Source of the DNA: an uncultured Spirochaetia bacterium | GTDB lineage: Bacteria > Spirochaetota > JAHITG01 > CAZBCL01 | Direction of reading: 5' to 3' | Assembly: GCA_964490645.1 (NCBI GenBank) | Contig: CAZBCL010000013.1 | Span: 182-64,181, forward strand | DNA: 64,000 bases | Shown here: positions 31,323-41,390 of the stretch, one piece after another | Layout of the letters: each line of letters begins with the position of its first letter | Numbering within the stretch: position 1 is the stretch's first letter | Program-made: the position numbers and the translations under genes | The notes under the pieces: model-generated | What the model saw: only the letters and a program-made list of their open reading frames with translations | What the model was told of the DNA's origin: nothing | The model's database searches: none

Positions 31323-31440
31323 GCTGATCCGTTATATGTTTTAATGAGTATATGCTATCGATGCCATAGATTACATTGAACAAAAATACCTAACTGATCC
31401 GTTATATGTTTTAATGAAAATATGCTATACCGTGGTATGT
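31323..31440. repeat. Two copies of a ~45-nt intergenic element sharing a perfect 24-nt core (CTGATCCGTTATATGTTTTAATGA); the second copy abuts the stop codon of the minus-strand gene
   Basis: Copy 1 is at about 31324-31369 and copy 2 at about 31395-31440. Each copy is followed by a short palindrome (TATCGATGCCATAGA / ATACCGTGGTAT). They lie in a convergent terminator region together with hairpins at about 31218-31245 and 31290-31312. Confidence 0.45.
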
Positions 31441-32900
31441 TACGGTAATATTTCTTTTACGAGCCGCAGACTTTCACGATCAAATACCATAATTGACCGA
31501 CGCGTTTCTCCTTTAGGCCCGGTAACATATATATAATCACGATAGAACGTAATTTTTGAATCACGCTCAATAGATTCACGACTCACTTTTAATAAATTTA
31601 AATCCTTATCATAACGGGCAAGATAATAATTTTCTCCATCACGAATAAACACATAGATTTCTTCATAATATACTTTTATCGGTGAACGCCAAAATACATC
31701 TTCTTTTGTTGATTTTTCAAGTTTCAGCGTATCTAAATTAACATAGGATAAATGATGCACCTGCTGTGCTTTTGACTCATAGGTAATAACGGCGATATAA
31801 TTATCAATAAATGAATAATTAATCCCGGTAATATTATCAACCTCACTAACTTCCTCAAGAGTATTATTCACCGGATTGACAACATATATCTCATTAATAT
31901 AATGAGCCTCTGGGCGCCAGCCAAGCGTCATTAGGAAATAAACTTTTCCTTTATAGACATTTTCCTCGACTAATTCTTCCCGAAGACGTTCTTCTTCCTG
32001 CTCACGCCGTGTTGTCCCTTCAGCATCACGCTGTTTGTCAACATCATCACGCATACTCTCAACTTCATTCTGACGTTTATCTAATTCATCTTCACGCTGC
32101 GCAAGCTCTTCTTCCTCTTTATCCAATGCAGCTTTTTCCTGTTCATTGGTTGTTTGCGTACGACGTTCTTCAAGTTCTTTCTTTTTCTCATTTAACGCAG
32201 CACGGTCTCGTTTTACTTGTTCTTCAGCAGCAGCAACATAGGCATCCTGTTCGGTTAAATTTGCATCATCAGCAGCACTATCAAGTTCAGCATCGCCAAT
32301 ACGCTGACCATGGAGGATATCCCCGTTTATTGGTATAAGAATACGAGTATTCCCGGGCCAGTTCTGATAATGAGCTGCAAGACCTAAATTTTCTGCCTGC
32401 ACCTGTTCCATAACTTTTGCATGATAGCGAGAGGCAAAATAGACCATATCCCCGCGGTGTCGCGCATTATATATAGTAATATATGTCGCAACTGCTTTTG
32501 CACCTTCATGTGAATAATTAAATGAACGTTCAAGATAACCGGCGATAATTCGGCGAAGATTCCTGATATGATCAACATGAGCACCACTGCCGATAATAAA
32601 TATATCAGCGAAATACCCTTCATTGCTTGCATCAGCAAGAACACGCATAACTTGGTATTTATCCTGTCCGGCAGTACCAATTCCATTAATCGCTTTCATT
32701 TCATCAGCAAGATAATAGCCGATACCGTATATTTCATCTAATGTATTTACCAGTTTGTTTATACCGGTATAATTAGTAAAAGATACAGATTCATCTGTTT
32801 GTATTTCATCTTCAATAACTGAATAATCCGCCATAATCGTTGACAGAATTATAAAACAAAATGCTGCGCTCAGTACTATCAGAACAGTGTTTTTTTTCAT
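31440..32900 (-). CDS. Secreted or membrane-anchored hypothetical protein with a central highly charged coiled-coil region
   Basis: N-terminal signal/anchor (MKKNTVLIVLSAAFCFIILSTIMA). A ~90-aa E/K/R/D-rich heptad segment (EEQVKRDRAALNEKKKELEERR...). Confidence 0.5.
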   Translation of the reverse strand: MKKNTVLIVLSAAFCFIILSTIMADYSVIEDEIQTDESVSFTNYTGINKLVNTLDEIYGIGYYLADEMKAINGIGTAGQDKYQVMRVLADASNEGYFADIFIIGSGAHVDHIRNLRRIIAGYLERSFNYSHEGAKAVATYITIYNARHRGDMVYFASRYHAKVMEQVQAENLGLAAHYQNWPGNTRILIPINGDILHGQRIGDAELDSAADDANLTEQDAYVAAAEEQVKRDRAALNEKKKELEERRTQTTNEQEKAALDKEEEELAQREDELDKRQNEVESMRDDVDKQRDAEGTTRREQEEERLREELVEENVYKGKVYFLMTLGWRPEAHYINEIYVVNPVNNTLEEVSEVDNITGINYSFIDNYIAVITYESKAQQVHHLSYVNLDTLKLEKSTKEDVFWRSPIKVYYEEIYVFIRDGENYYLARYDKDLNLLKVSRESIERDSKITFYRDYIYVTGPKGETRRSIMVFDRESLRLVKEILP

Positions 32901-33137
32901 TGTTACTCACCTCGTTGTCGTTATAATATTAAAGGGTCTTTCACGATACACTATATTAGACCCTTCTATCGTACAGCACATTTCTTGCACCACGCTCTTA
33001 TCTCCGGTCAGATTCCTCATATATTTATATTCAATAATATACCAGAATCACTAAAAAATCAAATACGGTATACTATAAATCCTGATGAATATACCCCTCA
33101 TCACGTATATAGAAATCTATACCGTCTCCGTATACCC

Positions 33138-33815
33138 TTAATTGCATTCTCTGCATGGCTTTAATGTGCCGGTATGACAATTATTCCAGACATTCCGCGT
33201 ATACGGATCAAACACACTACCAACATCAATAAATGTACAATCAGGGCGTTCTTCAAACCATTCTTTTGCCAATACCCTACTTGTTGGTCCGCAGCTTAAT
33301 GCAATAACCGAGCCGCTCTCGAATTCATGCGCGCGAGTATGTATATTTTCATACTCCTTCCACGCATTATGCGTTGGTAGGGTAATATGTTCATGTATTG
33401 CATGATGCAATATTTTTTCCAGTTCTGACATGTTTTGATCAGCGCCGGATATCCAAATCAGTTTTTTATGAGCGTCAATATTTTTACCGAACGTATCTCT
33501 AAAGAGTTTCCAATTTCTATTTGTGGTAACAACAGCACTGGTTAAATATGGATACTCCTTATCGATCAGTTTCATCGCCCGCCTATAATGCTTCCGCCAA
33601 CAATGCGAACAGGGTATTCCAACCCAATAATTTTTCTGCTGATGCTGTAATGCTTCTTTCAGTTTGACGGATAATGATTGATCTACTGTCTGATCACCCC
33701 GTGCAACAACAGAACCTACTTTTTCTATACCCAGCATTTCTCCGTCATTAAATCGTGCTAATGCTTGTGGTATATTATTCTTTATATTAGAAAGAATCGT
33801 ATATATCTTATTCAT
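33138..33815 (-). CDS. Hypothetical protein, possibly a GT-D (DUF1792)-like glycosyltransferase domain protein
   Basis: ARFNDGEM matches the (R)F(G/N)DGE 'DxE' motif I associate with DUF1792/GT-D proteins. The length of 225 aa fits a single domain. Identification is from motif memory only. Confidence 0.3.
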   Translation of the reverse strand: MNKIYTILSNIKNNIPQALARFNDGEMLGIEKVGSVVARGDQTVDQSLSVKLKEALQHQQKNYWVGIPCSHCWRKHYRRAMKLIDKEYPYLTSAVVTTNRNWKLFRDTFGKNIDAHKKLIWISGADQNMSELEKILHHAIHEHITLPTHNAWKEYENIHTRAHEFESGSVIALSCGPTSRVLAKEWFEERPDCTFIDVGSVFDPYTRNVWNNCHTGTLKPCRECN

Positions 33816-34027
33816 TCATATCCTGTTGTCATCGGTATTCAATTAATATAGTATCATTCAATTGTAGTATGTCTAGTATTTTTTCACTTCCATTTTCAAA
33901 GATAACTATGATATAGTACATACACATTGCTTAATTGAGACATATTTTATTATTTTTTTGCCATATGATTTTAACTTGTTATAACAATATCCCTATTAAA
34001 AAATATGCATTGATTTCTCATCCCCTC

Positions 34028-34056
34028 TTGACATTTATGAACATTATCATTATGTT
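34028..34056 (+). promoter_or_regulatory. Candidate sigma-70 promoter for the ABC/GldG-like operon: TTGACA, 17-nt spacer, TATGTT
   Basis: Perfect -35 at 34028-34033 with a weak -10 at 34051-34056, about 110 nt upstream of the ABC ATPase start. Confidence 0.3.
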
Positions 34057-34168
34057 TATAGTCTGATAACGTAATTGATAACAAATGCAACCAAAAATTG
34101 TTATACGTTATTACAGTATATCATCTTGTATGATACGTATTTTTACCCTATTAGTTATGGAATAAATT

Positions 34169-35110
34169 GTGATTATTGAAGTTAACAATCTCTCAAAACA
34201 TTTCGGTCAAAAAAAAGCAGTTGATAATGTTTCCTTTAATGTTGAAAAAGGCGAGGTTATCGGATTTCTCGGTCCAAACGGCGCCGGTAAAACAACAACA
34301 ATGCGTATGTTGACAGGCTACTTGCATCCGACCAGTGGTACTGCAAGCATTAATGGAAAAGATATAATTTATGATTCACTTGAATGCCGCATGTCTATTG
34401 GCTATCTCCCTGAATCCACTCCGTTATACCGTGAATTAACCGTATGGCAATATTTGAATTATATTTCACGCATTAAAGAAACTGATGATAAAAATGCCAT
34501 TAAAAATATTGAAAGAATTATTGATGTGGTTGGTATACGTGAATACCGTAATACCTTTATTAATCATCTTTCAAAAGGATATCGCCAGCGTGTCGGTATC
34601 GGACAAGCACTTATCGGCAATCCTAAAGTTATTATCCTTGACGAACCAACAGAAGGGCTTGACCCGAATCAGAAAACCGAAGTACTCTCACTCATCCGTA
34701 ATCTCGGCAGTGAACATGTCATCCTCCTCAGCACCCATATTTTATCCGAAGTCTCACAAACCTGTTCACGTATTCTTATTATTCATCGCGGGAAATTAAT
34801 TGCCAGTGACTCACAAGAAGATTTGGAATCAAGAATGGGTACTGATAAACGTCTCGATATTATTGTTGATGCCCCCAAAGATGTCGTTTCACTTGAAATA
34901 AAAAAACTTGATGGTATTGAAAATATAATTCCAACAGGACAAACTGACACCGGTCAGGCTTTTACCATAACCGTGGAAAATGTTAAAAAAAGCGCTCCGG
35001 AAATAGCACGACTAATTACTGCAAAGAATTGGCCATTGCATCAATTACATCAAAGTAAAATAACACTTGAAGAAATATTTGCCCGGCTGACTAAAGAATC
35101 GGAATTTTAG
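34169..35110 (+). CDS. ABC transporter ATP-binding protein (ABC-2/GldA-like)
   Basis: Walker A GPNGAGKTT, the ABC signature LSKGYRQR, Walker B ILDEPTEGLD and an H-loop. Confidence 0.85.
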   Translation: MIIEVNNLSKHFGQKKAVDNVSFNVEKGEVIGFLGPNGAGKTTTMRMLTGYLHPTSGTASINGKDIIYDSLECRMSIGYLPESTPLYRELTVWQYLNYISRIKETDDKNAIKNIERIIDVVGIREYRNTFINHLSKGYRQRVGIGQALIGNPKVIILDEPTEGLDPNQKTEVLSLIRNLGSEHVILLSTHILSEVSQTCSRILIIHRGKLIASDSQEDLESRMGTDKRLDIIVDAPKDVVSLEIKKLDGIENIIPTGQTDTGQAFTITVENVKKSAPEIARLITAKNWPLHQLHQSKITLEEIFARLTKESEF

Positions 35111-35126
35111 TAATTGAGGAACTATC

Positions 35127-35975
35127 ATGAACGCTGATCAGAGCATACATACTGCAACGCAGAAGCAAAAAAAACCGTTATTTGAAATAGTAGAAGGTCC
35201 GAAAACCCGGACATTGCAAAATATGTGGTCTATCATTGTTAAAGAGCTACAATCATATTTCAATTCACCGATCGGATATGTCTCGCTTTTTTTATTGACC
35301 TTGATATACGGTATGACGTTTCACTCACAACTTGCCATCCCTTCATTTACACCGGGTCAGTCTATTGGCAATATTATTGAATTAATACTGCCGGGGACAT
35401 TTCAGTCATTTTTTACCTTTATTGTTTTACTGGTTGTTACCCCATTATTAACGATGCGATTAATTGCTGAAGAAAAACATACCGGTACGATTGAATTATT
35501 AGTAACCTTGCCAATGAAAGAAAGTGAAATTATTTTTGCAAAATTCCTTGCTACCCTTGCCTTTATTTGTATTTTCCTTGCAACAACATTGTTATATTAT
35601 GTCATTCTTGCCGTCAGTGGTGCGGCTCCGAGAATTCTTCCGACACTTATTTTTTATATTGGATATTTACTGATGGTCAGTGTGTTTTTATCACTTGGTA
35701 TGGTCGGATCATCTATTGCCAATAATCAAATTGTTGCTTTTTTTGTTTCATTTGCATTTATTATCGGTATGTTTCTTTTACCGGAACTTATTTTTCGTAT
35801 TCCGCAAATACGAAATAACGAAACAATCACCGGTGTAATACAGTATATTTTACCGCTTTCACACTTTGTTGACTTTGCCCGCGGTGTCATTGACGCACGG
35901 CATATTGTATATTATGTCTCAGTTACCGCGTTAAATCTTTTCATTGCCACACGGCTCTTGGAACTTCGGAAATAG
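35127..35975 (+). CDS. ABC-2 family permease (GldF-like)
   Basis: 282 aa with about 6 TM helices, immediately after the ATPase. Confidence 0.7.
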   Translation: MNADQSIHTATQKQKKPLFEIVEGPKTRTLQNMWSIIVKELQSYFNSPIGYVSLFLLTLIYGMTFHSQLAIPSFTPGQSIGNIIELILPGTFQSFFTFIVLLVVTPLLTMRLIAEEKHTGTIELLVTLPMKESEIIFAKFLATLAFICIFLATTLLYYVILAVSGAAPRILPTLIFYIGYLLMVSVFLSLGMVGSSIANNQIVAFFVSFAFIIGMFLLPELIFRIPQIRNNETITGVIQYILPLSHFVDFARGVIDARHIVYYVSVTALNLFIATRLLELRK

Positions 35976-37673
35976 GTGTTTATAATGAACGACGAAAAGA
36001 AAAATGCTCATACAACTGCTCCGCAAGCAGACCCGACAACCGATCATAACAATAAGAAAAAGAAACCCTTTTCTTTTAAACTTTTCGGACCGGGACGAAA
36101 AACAGAAAGTCAGGTTAATTTTTGGATTTACGTAATCTCATTTTTAGCTATTGTTATTATCCTGAATGTTCTCACTGCATTGGGAGCGACACTTATTAAC
36201 TTAAAATTTCGAGTACCGACGGATATGTCATTTGACCTTTCCGACGTATCAAAAAGTGTTCTTGAAAAAGCAAAAAAAGCCGGGAAAGATATTTCTTTGA
36301 CCTATGTTTACGATGTAATTCCCTCTCCCATTTCTGAAGCAGATGAAAAAGATGAGATGGCAAAAGTACAGCAAATACTTGAGGCATATGCTTTCGGTCA
36401 GGATCATGTTACCTTTGAAAATGTTGATTTAAACCGTAATCCCGGACGTTTTTCTGAGTTTCAGGAAATTGTTCGACAAACTGCTAATCCATATCCCCAG
36501 TATGCTCAGATGATTGGTTATTATTCTTTTTACGCAAGTGTCATCATTGAAGTTAAAGATAAAAACAATATTGATGATTCAACGCCCCTGCGTCAAACAA
36601 TTGAAGTATTTACCTTTACCGATCCGAACCCAGAACTGCGTGATCCAAGGCTTGCTGCGCCACGCCGTATTATTAAAGATACGATGGAACGTGAAATCAC
36701 CAGTGCTATTGATAATCTTCTGACCCGTCAGAAGAAAATTTACTATCTGACCGGTCATCTTGAACGTGAACCAATTCGCCGGCAATCGGATATTTCAGGT
36801 AAAACCTATAGTTATCTGCAAAAAGAGCTCCATCTTGAAGGATATTTAGTTGAAGTTGTCGATATTGCACGTGTAAAAGGTGTTCCTGAAGATTGTGATC
36901 TACTTATTATTGCAGAACCTAAAACACCATACAGTAAAACCGAAATGGAATATCTGGACGATTATCTGTATCGTGGCGGTAAACTGATAATTCTTACTGA
37001 GCCGAATGCACCGGAGACTTTTTCAGCTATTCTTAATAAACGAGGCATTAAAATATATAACCATTATCGAGCAGTTGAAGGTGATGAATCATTATTAGTA
37101 ACACGAGGAGAAAAAGATATTTTTGTTATTCGTACAATAGACACTGAGCATGATTTAACCCGTAATCTGCCGCAACAAACCGTTTATGTACAAAAAAGCT
37201 GTGTTATTTCTGCTGCTGATATGGCTGCACTGCCCGATGATTCTGATTTACAAATGTATACTGTTCTTCGAACTACATCAAAAGGATGGACGGATAAAAA
37301 TCAAAACCGTAATTATACCCGTGATGCGAATGATGAAGAAGGATATACGGGGGTGATGGCAATAGCAGAAGGACCGGTAAATCGTACAAATTCATTCCGG
37401 ATTGCAGTATTCGGTGATGCTGATATGATTTCAGATCAGACATACAGTTTAATTTATGGTCAAGGATATCAATTCTCTAATTTTGATTTCTTTCTCAATG
37501 CTGTACGATGGACTATGGGAAGAGAGCTTGCGATTCCACCACGGACACAAAATATTCGCCGGCTTCAAAATGTTCCGTTAGCTCGGCTTATCAGTTTTAT
37601 TGTTGCGGTTATGCTTATACCGCTTGGTGTTATTGCAATTGCTATTGTTACTATTATACGGAGAAACAAATGA
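35976..37673 (+). CDS. GldG-like auxiliary component of an ABC-2 transporter (ABC-type uncharacterised transport system)
   Basis: 565 aa with TM helices at both termini and a large extracytoplasmic domain. Position and architecture are typical of GldG-family proteins. Confidence 0.6.
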   Translation: MFIMNDEKKNAHTTAPQADPTTDHNNKKKKPFSFKLFGPGRKTESQVNFWIYVISFLAIVIILNVLTALGATLINLKFRVPTDMSFDLSDVSKSVLEKAKKAGKDISLTYVYDVIPSPISEADEKDEMAKVQQILEAYAFGQDHVTFENVDLNRNPGRFSEFQEIVRQTANPYPQYAQMIGYYSFYASVIIEVKDKNNIDDSTPLRQTIEVFTFTDPNPELRDPRLAAPRRIIKDTMEREITSAIDNLLTRQKKIYYLTGHLEREPIRRQSDISGKTYSYLQKELHLEGYLVEVVDIARVKGVPEDCDLLIIAEPKTPYSKTEMEYLDDYLYRGGKLIILTEPNAPETFSAILNKRGIKIYNHYRAVEGDESLLVTRGEKDIFVIRTIDTEHDLTRNLPQQTVYVQKSCVISAADMAALPDDSDLQMYTVLRTTSKGWTDKNQNRNYTRDANDEEGYTGVMAIAEGPVNRTNSFRIAVFGDADMISDQTYSLIYGQGYQFSNFDFFLNAVRWTMGRELAIPPRTQNIRRLQNVPLARLISFIVAVMLIPLGVIAIAIVTIIRRNK

Positions 37674-38731
37674 AAATACGTAAAGGAACAATTATCACCT
37701 TCGGCATAATGCTGGCAATGATTCTGACTTTCATTACGTTATCCATTATTCAAAAAAACCGCCCGCAAAAAGCTGAAAATCAATTAATGAGTATAATCCC
37801 GGGTGAAGTTAAAAGCCTTCGCCTTATCAGTAATTTCAGTAATGAGATTATTACTCTCAAAGCGCAGCATGATACGCGTACCGGCGTTTGGACGGTTTCC
37901 GGCGGTCGTATTGGCGATAAAAAAAATGAGAAATCATATGTCGGTGATGCCGATGCGCTGAATCAATATCTTGATAATTTAAATCTTATTCGTTATGAAA
38001 AAGACTCGGTGTATACTGTCAACAATGAAGATCAATGGGAAACATACGGTCTGCGAAAACCATTATTGGAACTTGATATTTTACTTAAAAACGGCGATGA
38101 AAAACGTATCGCGTTCGGAGAAAAAATATTTGATAAAGATTTTTATTATACACGCCTAAATGATGAAAACACCGTCTATTATGTCAATCAATCACATATG
38201 AATAAAATAAAAACAACATTATTTCTTATCCGAAATAAAAATATTTTTCATCGTCCAATTGAACAAATTACACAAATATATTTTAAATATGACAAAGAAT
38301 CCTATGTTCTGCATTGGGACAAAGACGAATTGATGTGGAAGTTTACGCAACCAACAGAAGTCTCTCTTGAGCCCCGTTCTGAAATGCTGACACGTTTCCT
38401 GCAAAGTATTAATACGATTAAATCTGAAGAGTTTCTCCCGTCAACCTTACCGCTTGATGTCGGACTAACACCCTATCAAAAAAAGTTTGAAATCATGTAT
38501 CGGGACAATGAATCCATTACTCTTGATATCGGTACTCTTTCGGAACAGGACAATACGTACTACTGCCGATTCCCTGAAACTGATGAAGTTTGTAAAATTT
38601 CAAAATATGCCATTAACAATATTGCTGATGATTTAAATCGACTGCTTGTATTACAACCGGAAAGTGAAGAAAAACCGTGGTCAGAATCAAATATCGGCGG
38701 TGGTGCGAAAATGATTAAATTCAAGGATTAA
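37670..38731 (+). CDS. DUF4340-like protein (N-terminal TM + extracytoplasmic domain) downstream of the GldG-like gene
   Basis: The true start is probably the ATG at 37670 (MKIRKGTIITFGIMLAMIL...), overlapping the upstream stop as ATGA. The ORF track's start at 37508 lies inside the previous gene. Assignment rests on context and architecture. Confidence 0.45.
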   Translation: MKIRKGTIITFGIMLAMILTFITLSIIQKNRPQKAENQLMSIIPGEVKSLRLISNFSNEIITLKAQHDTRTGVWTVSGGRIGDKKNEKSYVGDADALNQYLDNLNLIRYEKDSVYTVNNEDQWETYGLRKPLLELDILLKNGDEKRIAFGEKIFDKDFYYTRLNDENTVYYVNQSHMNKIKTTLFLIRNKNIFHRPIEQITQIYFKYDKESYVLHWDKDELMWKFTQPTEVSLEPRSEMLTRFLQSINTIKSEEFLPSTLPLDVGLTPYQKKFEIMYRDNESITLDIGTLSEQDNTYYCRFPETDEVCKISKYAINNIADDLNRLLVLQPESEEKPWSESNIGGGAKMIKFKD

Positions 38732-38733
38732 TT

Positions 38734-39435
38734 ATGAAATACGTGCGCTCTATACTATTTTTACTTATCGGGATAATACTTTTTTGCACACACTGCTCAC
38801 TCGATAGTATCCGTGAATATAATTATAAATATAAAATCCAATACCGAACCTTAAGCGATTCCTATAAGGGACGATTTAAAATGCGTCTCAACGCTTTTCG
38901 GGAAGCTATCAAAGTAAAACCGGAAATATTAACTGCTTTTGATAATGGTGATTATAAGAAAGCCCGTTCATTAATGCGTCTGGAAGAGAAAAAACTAGAT
39001 TCATATCGTAAAGAGTTTGAACGTAAGCTCCGAAACAACATTGACACCTATGTTACCAATATTCATAAAGTAACTGATGTTGAATCTGATCCCGCACTTC
39101 ATAAATATCTCATTGAAGAAGCCATTAATGAACAAATTGTCTGGTTTAACAGAAGCTTTTATGATTGGCTTCATCCCGATCTTATCAGTCATATTCCGGA
39201 AAAAGACCGCCAATTTTATCAGCAAATAAACCAAGTTATTGAATATGAATGTATTCAGCCGTTCTCATACGAAGAAATAAGTATTTATTTTCAGGTCTGG
39301 TTTGCAGAAGCTCTTGCATCCGATAATATCCTTGAATACCTTCGCTATCAGCATTATTCTGACGGTACAACTTCAATGGACCGCGTTCTCGGATACGGAA
39401 CTCCCTTGAAAAAAACTAATACAACGAACAAATAG
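38734..39435 (+). CDS. Hypothetical secreted protein or lipoprotein (233 aa)
   Basis: Signal peptide MKYVRSILFLLIGIILFCTHCS. No recognisable domain. Confidence 0.4.
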   Translation: MKYVRSILFLLIGIILFCTHCSLDSIREYNYKYKIQYRTLSDSYKGRFKMRLNAFREAIKVKPEILTAFDNGDYKKARSLMRLEEKKLDSYRKEFERKLRNNIDTYVTNIHKVTDVESDPALHKYLIEEAINEQIVWFNRSFYDWLHPDLISHIPEKDRQFYQQINQVIEYECIQPFSYEEISIYFQVWFAEALASDNILEYLRYQHYSDGTTSMDRVLGYGTPLKKTNTTNK

Positions 39436-39560
39436 CACAAATAACATACTATTACCTGATAACTACTAAGACATTTTTCTATTTATCCTCTTGACACCCT
39501 CCCGTTTTACCATATATTATTATTATATGATAATTATTCTGGGTATAATCTGAAGGTATA

Positions 39561-40175
39561 ATGAAAAATCATTTATATACTGCTGTTTTTATTGTTTTTG
39601 TCTTACTTATTGTTTGTAACACAGTCATACCGGCTCAAAGCCCTTCCAGTAAAAGTAAAGAACGTATTATTGCACAAGTTCGTCAATTTCTTGATGATAT
39701 GAAAAATAAACAACCAAGCAAAATCCCTGCTTCGTTGTATGCAACTCAAAGCAGTGCTGATACGGGTATCAGTATTGAACATTTATCGAAAAGCAAATTA
39801 AATCAGCTTACTGATGATCTTATGGAAGAAAGACTGAGCCCCTATAAATATATTAAAGCTATTACCGGTCATAACATTCATTTATTTCTTTATAAAACAA
39901 AAAATAAAAAAGGGCTTATAGAATATAATATTAAGTTTGCACGTATCGAAGAATCATTATTTGATCCTGAACGAAATCTTGATAAAGTGCTGGAACAAAA
40001 ATTATCATGGGATAAAGACAATTTTTATTATATTGATGTACAGCTTGAATATGAAATAGTCCAATATAGTCATGATGGAACAACTGTTCTTAAACGTGAG
40101 AAAAAAAAGAGTTATATCGAAATTGATATAGCTCCCGTTAATGGTGCTTATAAAATATTCGGTTTTATTATTTAA
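39561..40175 (+). CDS. Hypothetical secreted protein (204 aa)
   Basis: Signal peptide MKNHLYTAVFIVFVLLIVCNTVIPAQS. Confidence 0.4.
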   Translation: MKNHLYTAVFIVFVLLIVCNTVIPAQSPSSKSKERIIAQVRQFLDDMKNKQPSKIPASLYATQSSADTGISIEHLSKSKLNQLTDDLMEERLSPYKYIKAITGHNIHLFLYKTKNKKGLIEYNIKFARIEESLFDPERNLDKVLEQKLSWDKDNFYYIDVQLEYEIVQYSHDGTTVLKREKKKSYIEIDIAPVNGAYKIFGFII

Positions 40176-40341
40176 AATGTTTTTTGAATAGTACTGACAT
40201 ACTACTGACACGGTGTATATAGAATTATATAAGTTTTAAGTATATATACCATTAGTCAAAATAAACGGCATTAATTAGTCCGTTTATATAAATAAAATGT
40301 AAAAATCAGCATTCAGGTGTATTTTTACGGGGAGTATCATT

Positions 40342-40908
40342 ATGACACAGAATTCAAAAAAAGCGATGCGAAAACGATTGCTCATTAATAATAAACTGCA
40401 GGGAAAGTTTATTTTTGTCGTTACGGTTATTGTATTGCTGGTTATTCTCATTCAAGTCAGTTCTATATGGATCTTAGCAAAAAAAGATATGACTCAACAC
40501 AGTATTGTATCGAAACTTCGCACAACGCGCGATGTACGGCAGCTTATAATTGACAAATTAATATATATTACGATAATTACGGTTCTTGTCGGCGTCGGCG
40601 CTGCAACGTATCTTATGCTTTATTTTACACATAAAATCGCAGGACCAATGTATCGCTTTTCTAAAACATTTGAAAAAATAAGAAAATTGGATCTTACTCA
40701 GCGAATTAAATTTCGCGATGGTGACGAATTACAAGATATGGCAGATTCTTTTTCCCTTGCAATAGAAGCCTTACATAAAAATATGCGTTCATTACGAGCC
40801 GCCACAGATGAGCTTAATACTATTACAGCAAAACGGGGGGCAAAACCGGCTCAAATAAAAAAAGCCGCTCTTTTAGTTATTAAACTGGCTAAAAAGTTTA
40901 AAGTATAA
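40342..40908 (+). CDS. Small membrane protein: two TM helices + cytoplasmic HAMP domain, no output domain
   Basis: Two hydrophobic helices, then HKIAGPMYRFSKTFEKIRKLDLTQRIKFRDGDELQDMADSFSLAIEAL, which matches the HAMP consensus (...AGP...L......G.L......DE...L...FN.M). Confidence 0.5.
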   Translation: MTQNSKKAMRKRLLINNKLQGKFIFVVTVIVLLVILIQVSSIWILAKKDMTQHSIVSKLRTTRDVRQLIIDKLIYITIITVLVGVGAATYLMLYFTHKIAGPMYRFSKTFEKIRKLDLTQRIKFRDGDELQDMADSFSLAIEALHKNMRSLRAATDELNTITAKRGAKPAQIKKAALLVIKLAKKFKV

Positions 40909-41117
40909 TCAATATGTAGCCGTGTCCGGACTACTGACGAATACCAAATGCCACCGAATTATTTATTCAATTATTTTGTATATTTAATATTGGCTGGATA
41001 GTATACAATTTTGTTGTGTTATATATTAATCATGTATTTATGATACATATTAATAACTGCTTTATTCACCACTGTATTGCAATCAATATCATGTATGAAA
41101 TGAGATGAGAGTCTAAT

Positions 41118-41315
41118 TTAATGTATAATTGGTGAGGAATCGGGATTCTCAGGTGAACTCTTATTTTCTTCAGCAGAATGCATATAAAAATAAATAATAC
41201 TTTTCAGTCGCTCAATAGCTTTTTCATAACTCGGACCGGAACCGGTTATGTTTAATTCACTGCAATGAGCGATAAAATTATCATTTTCACGCGAAATCTC
41301 AATTGATAGATACAT
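41118..41315 (-). CDS. Small HicB-like / UPF0150-family protein (orphan antitoxin-like domain)
   Basis: 65 aa. YLSIEISRENDNFIAHCSELNITGSGPSYEKAIERLKSII follows the HicB N-domain pattern (Y.v.ie..edg.y.a...elpG....G.t.eEA...ikeai). No HicA-like ORF flanks it on either side. Confidence 0.4.
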   Translation of the reverse strand: MYLSIEISRENDNFIAHCSELNITGSGPSYEKAIERLKSIIYFYMHSAEENKSSPENPDSSPIIH

Positions 41316-41390
41316 AAGCCTGCCCTTCCGTATAATACTTATTTATTATCGGAAAGAGCAGTATAAATCTTGAAGCAGAATATATTAGTA

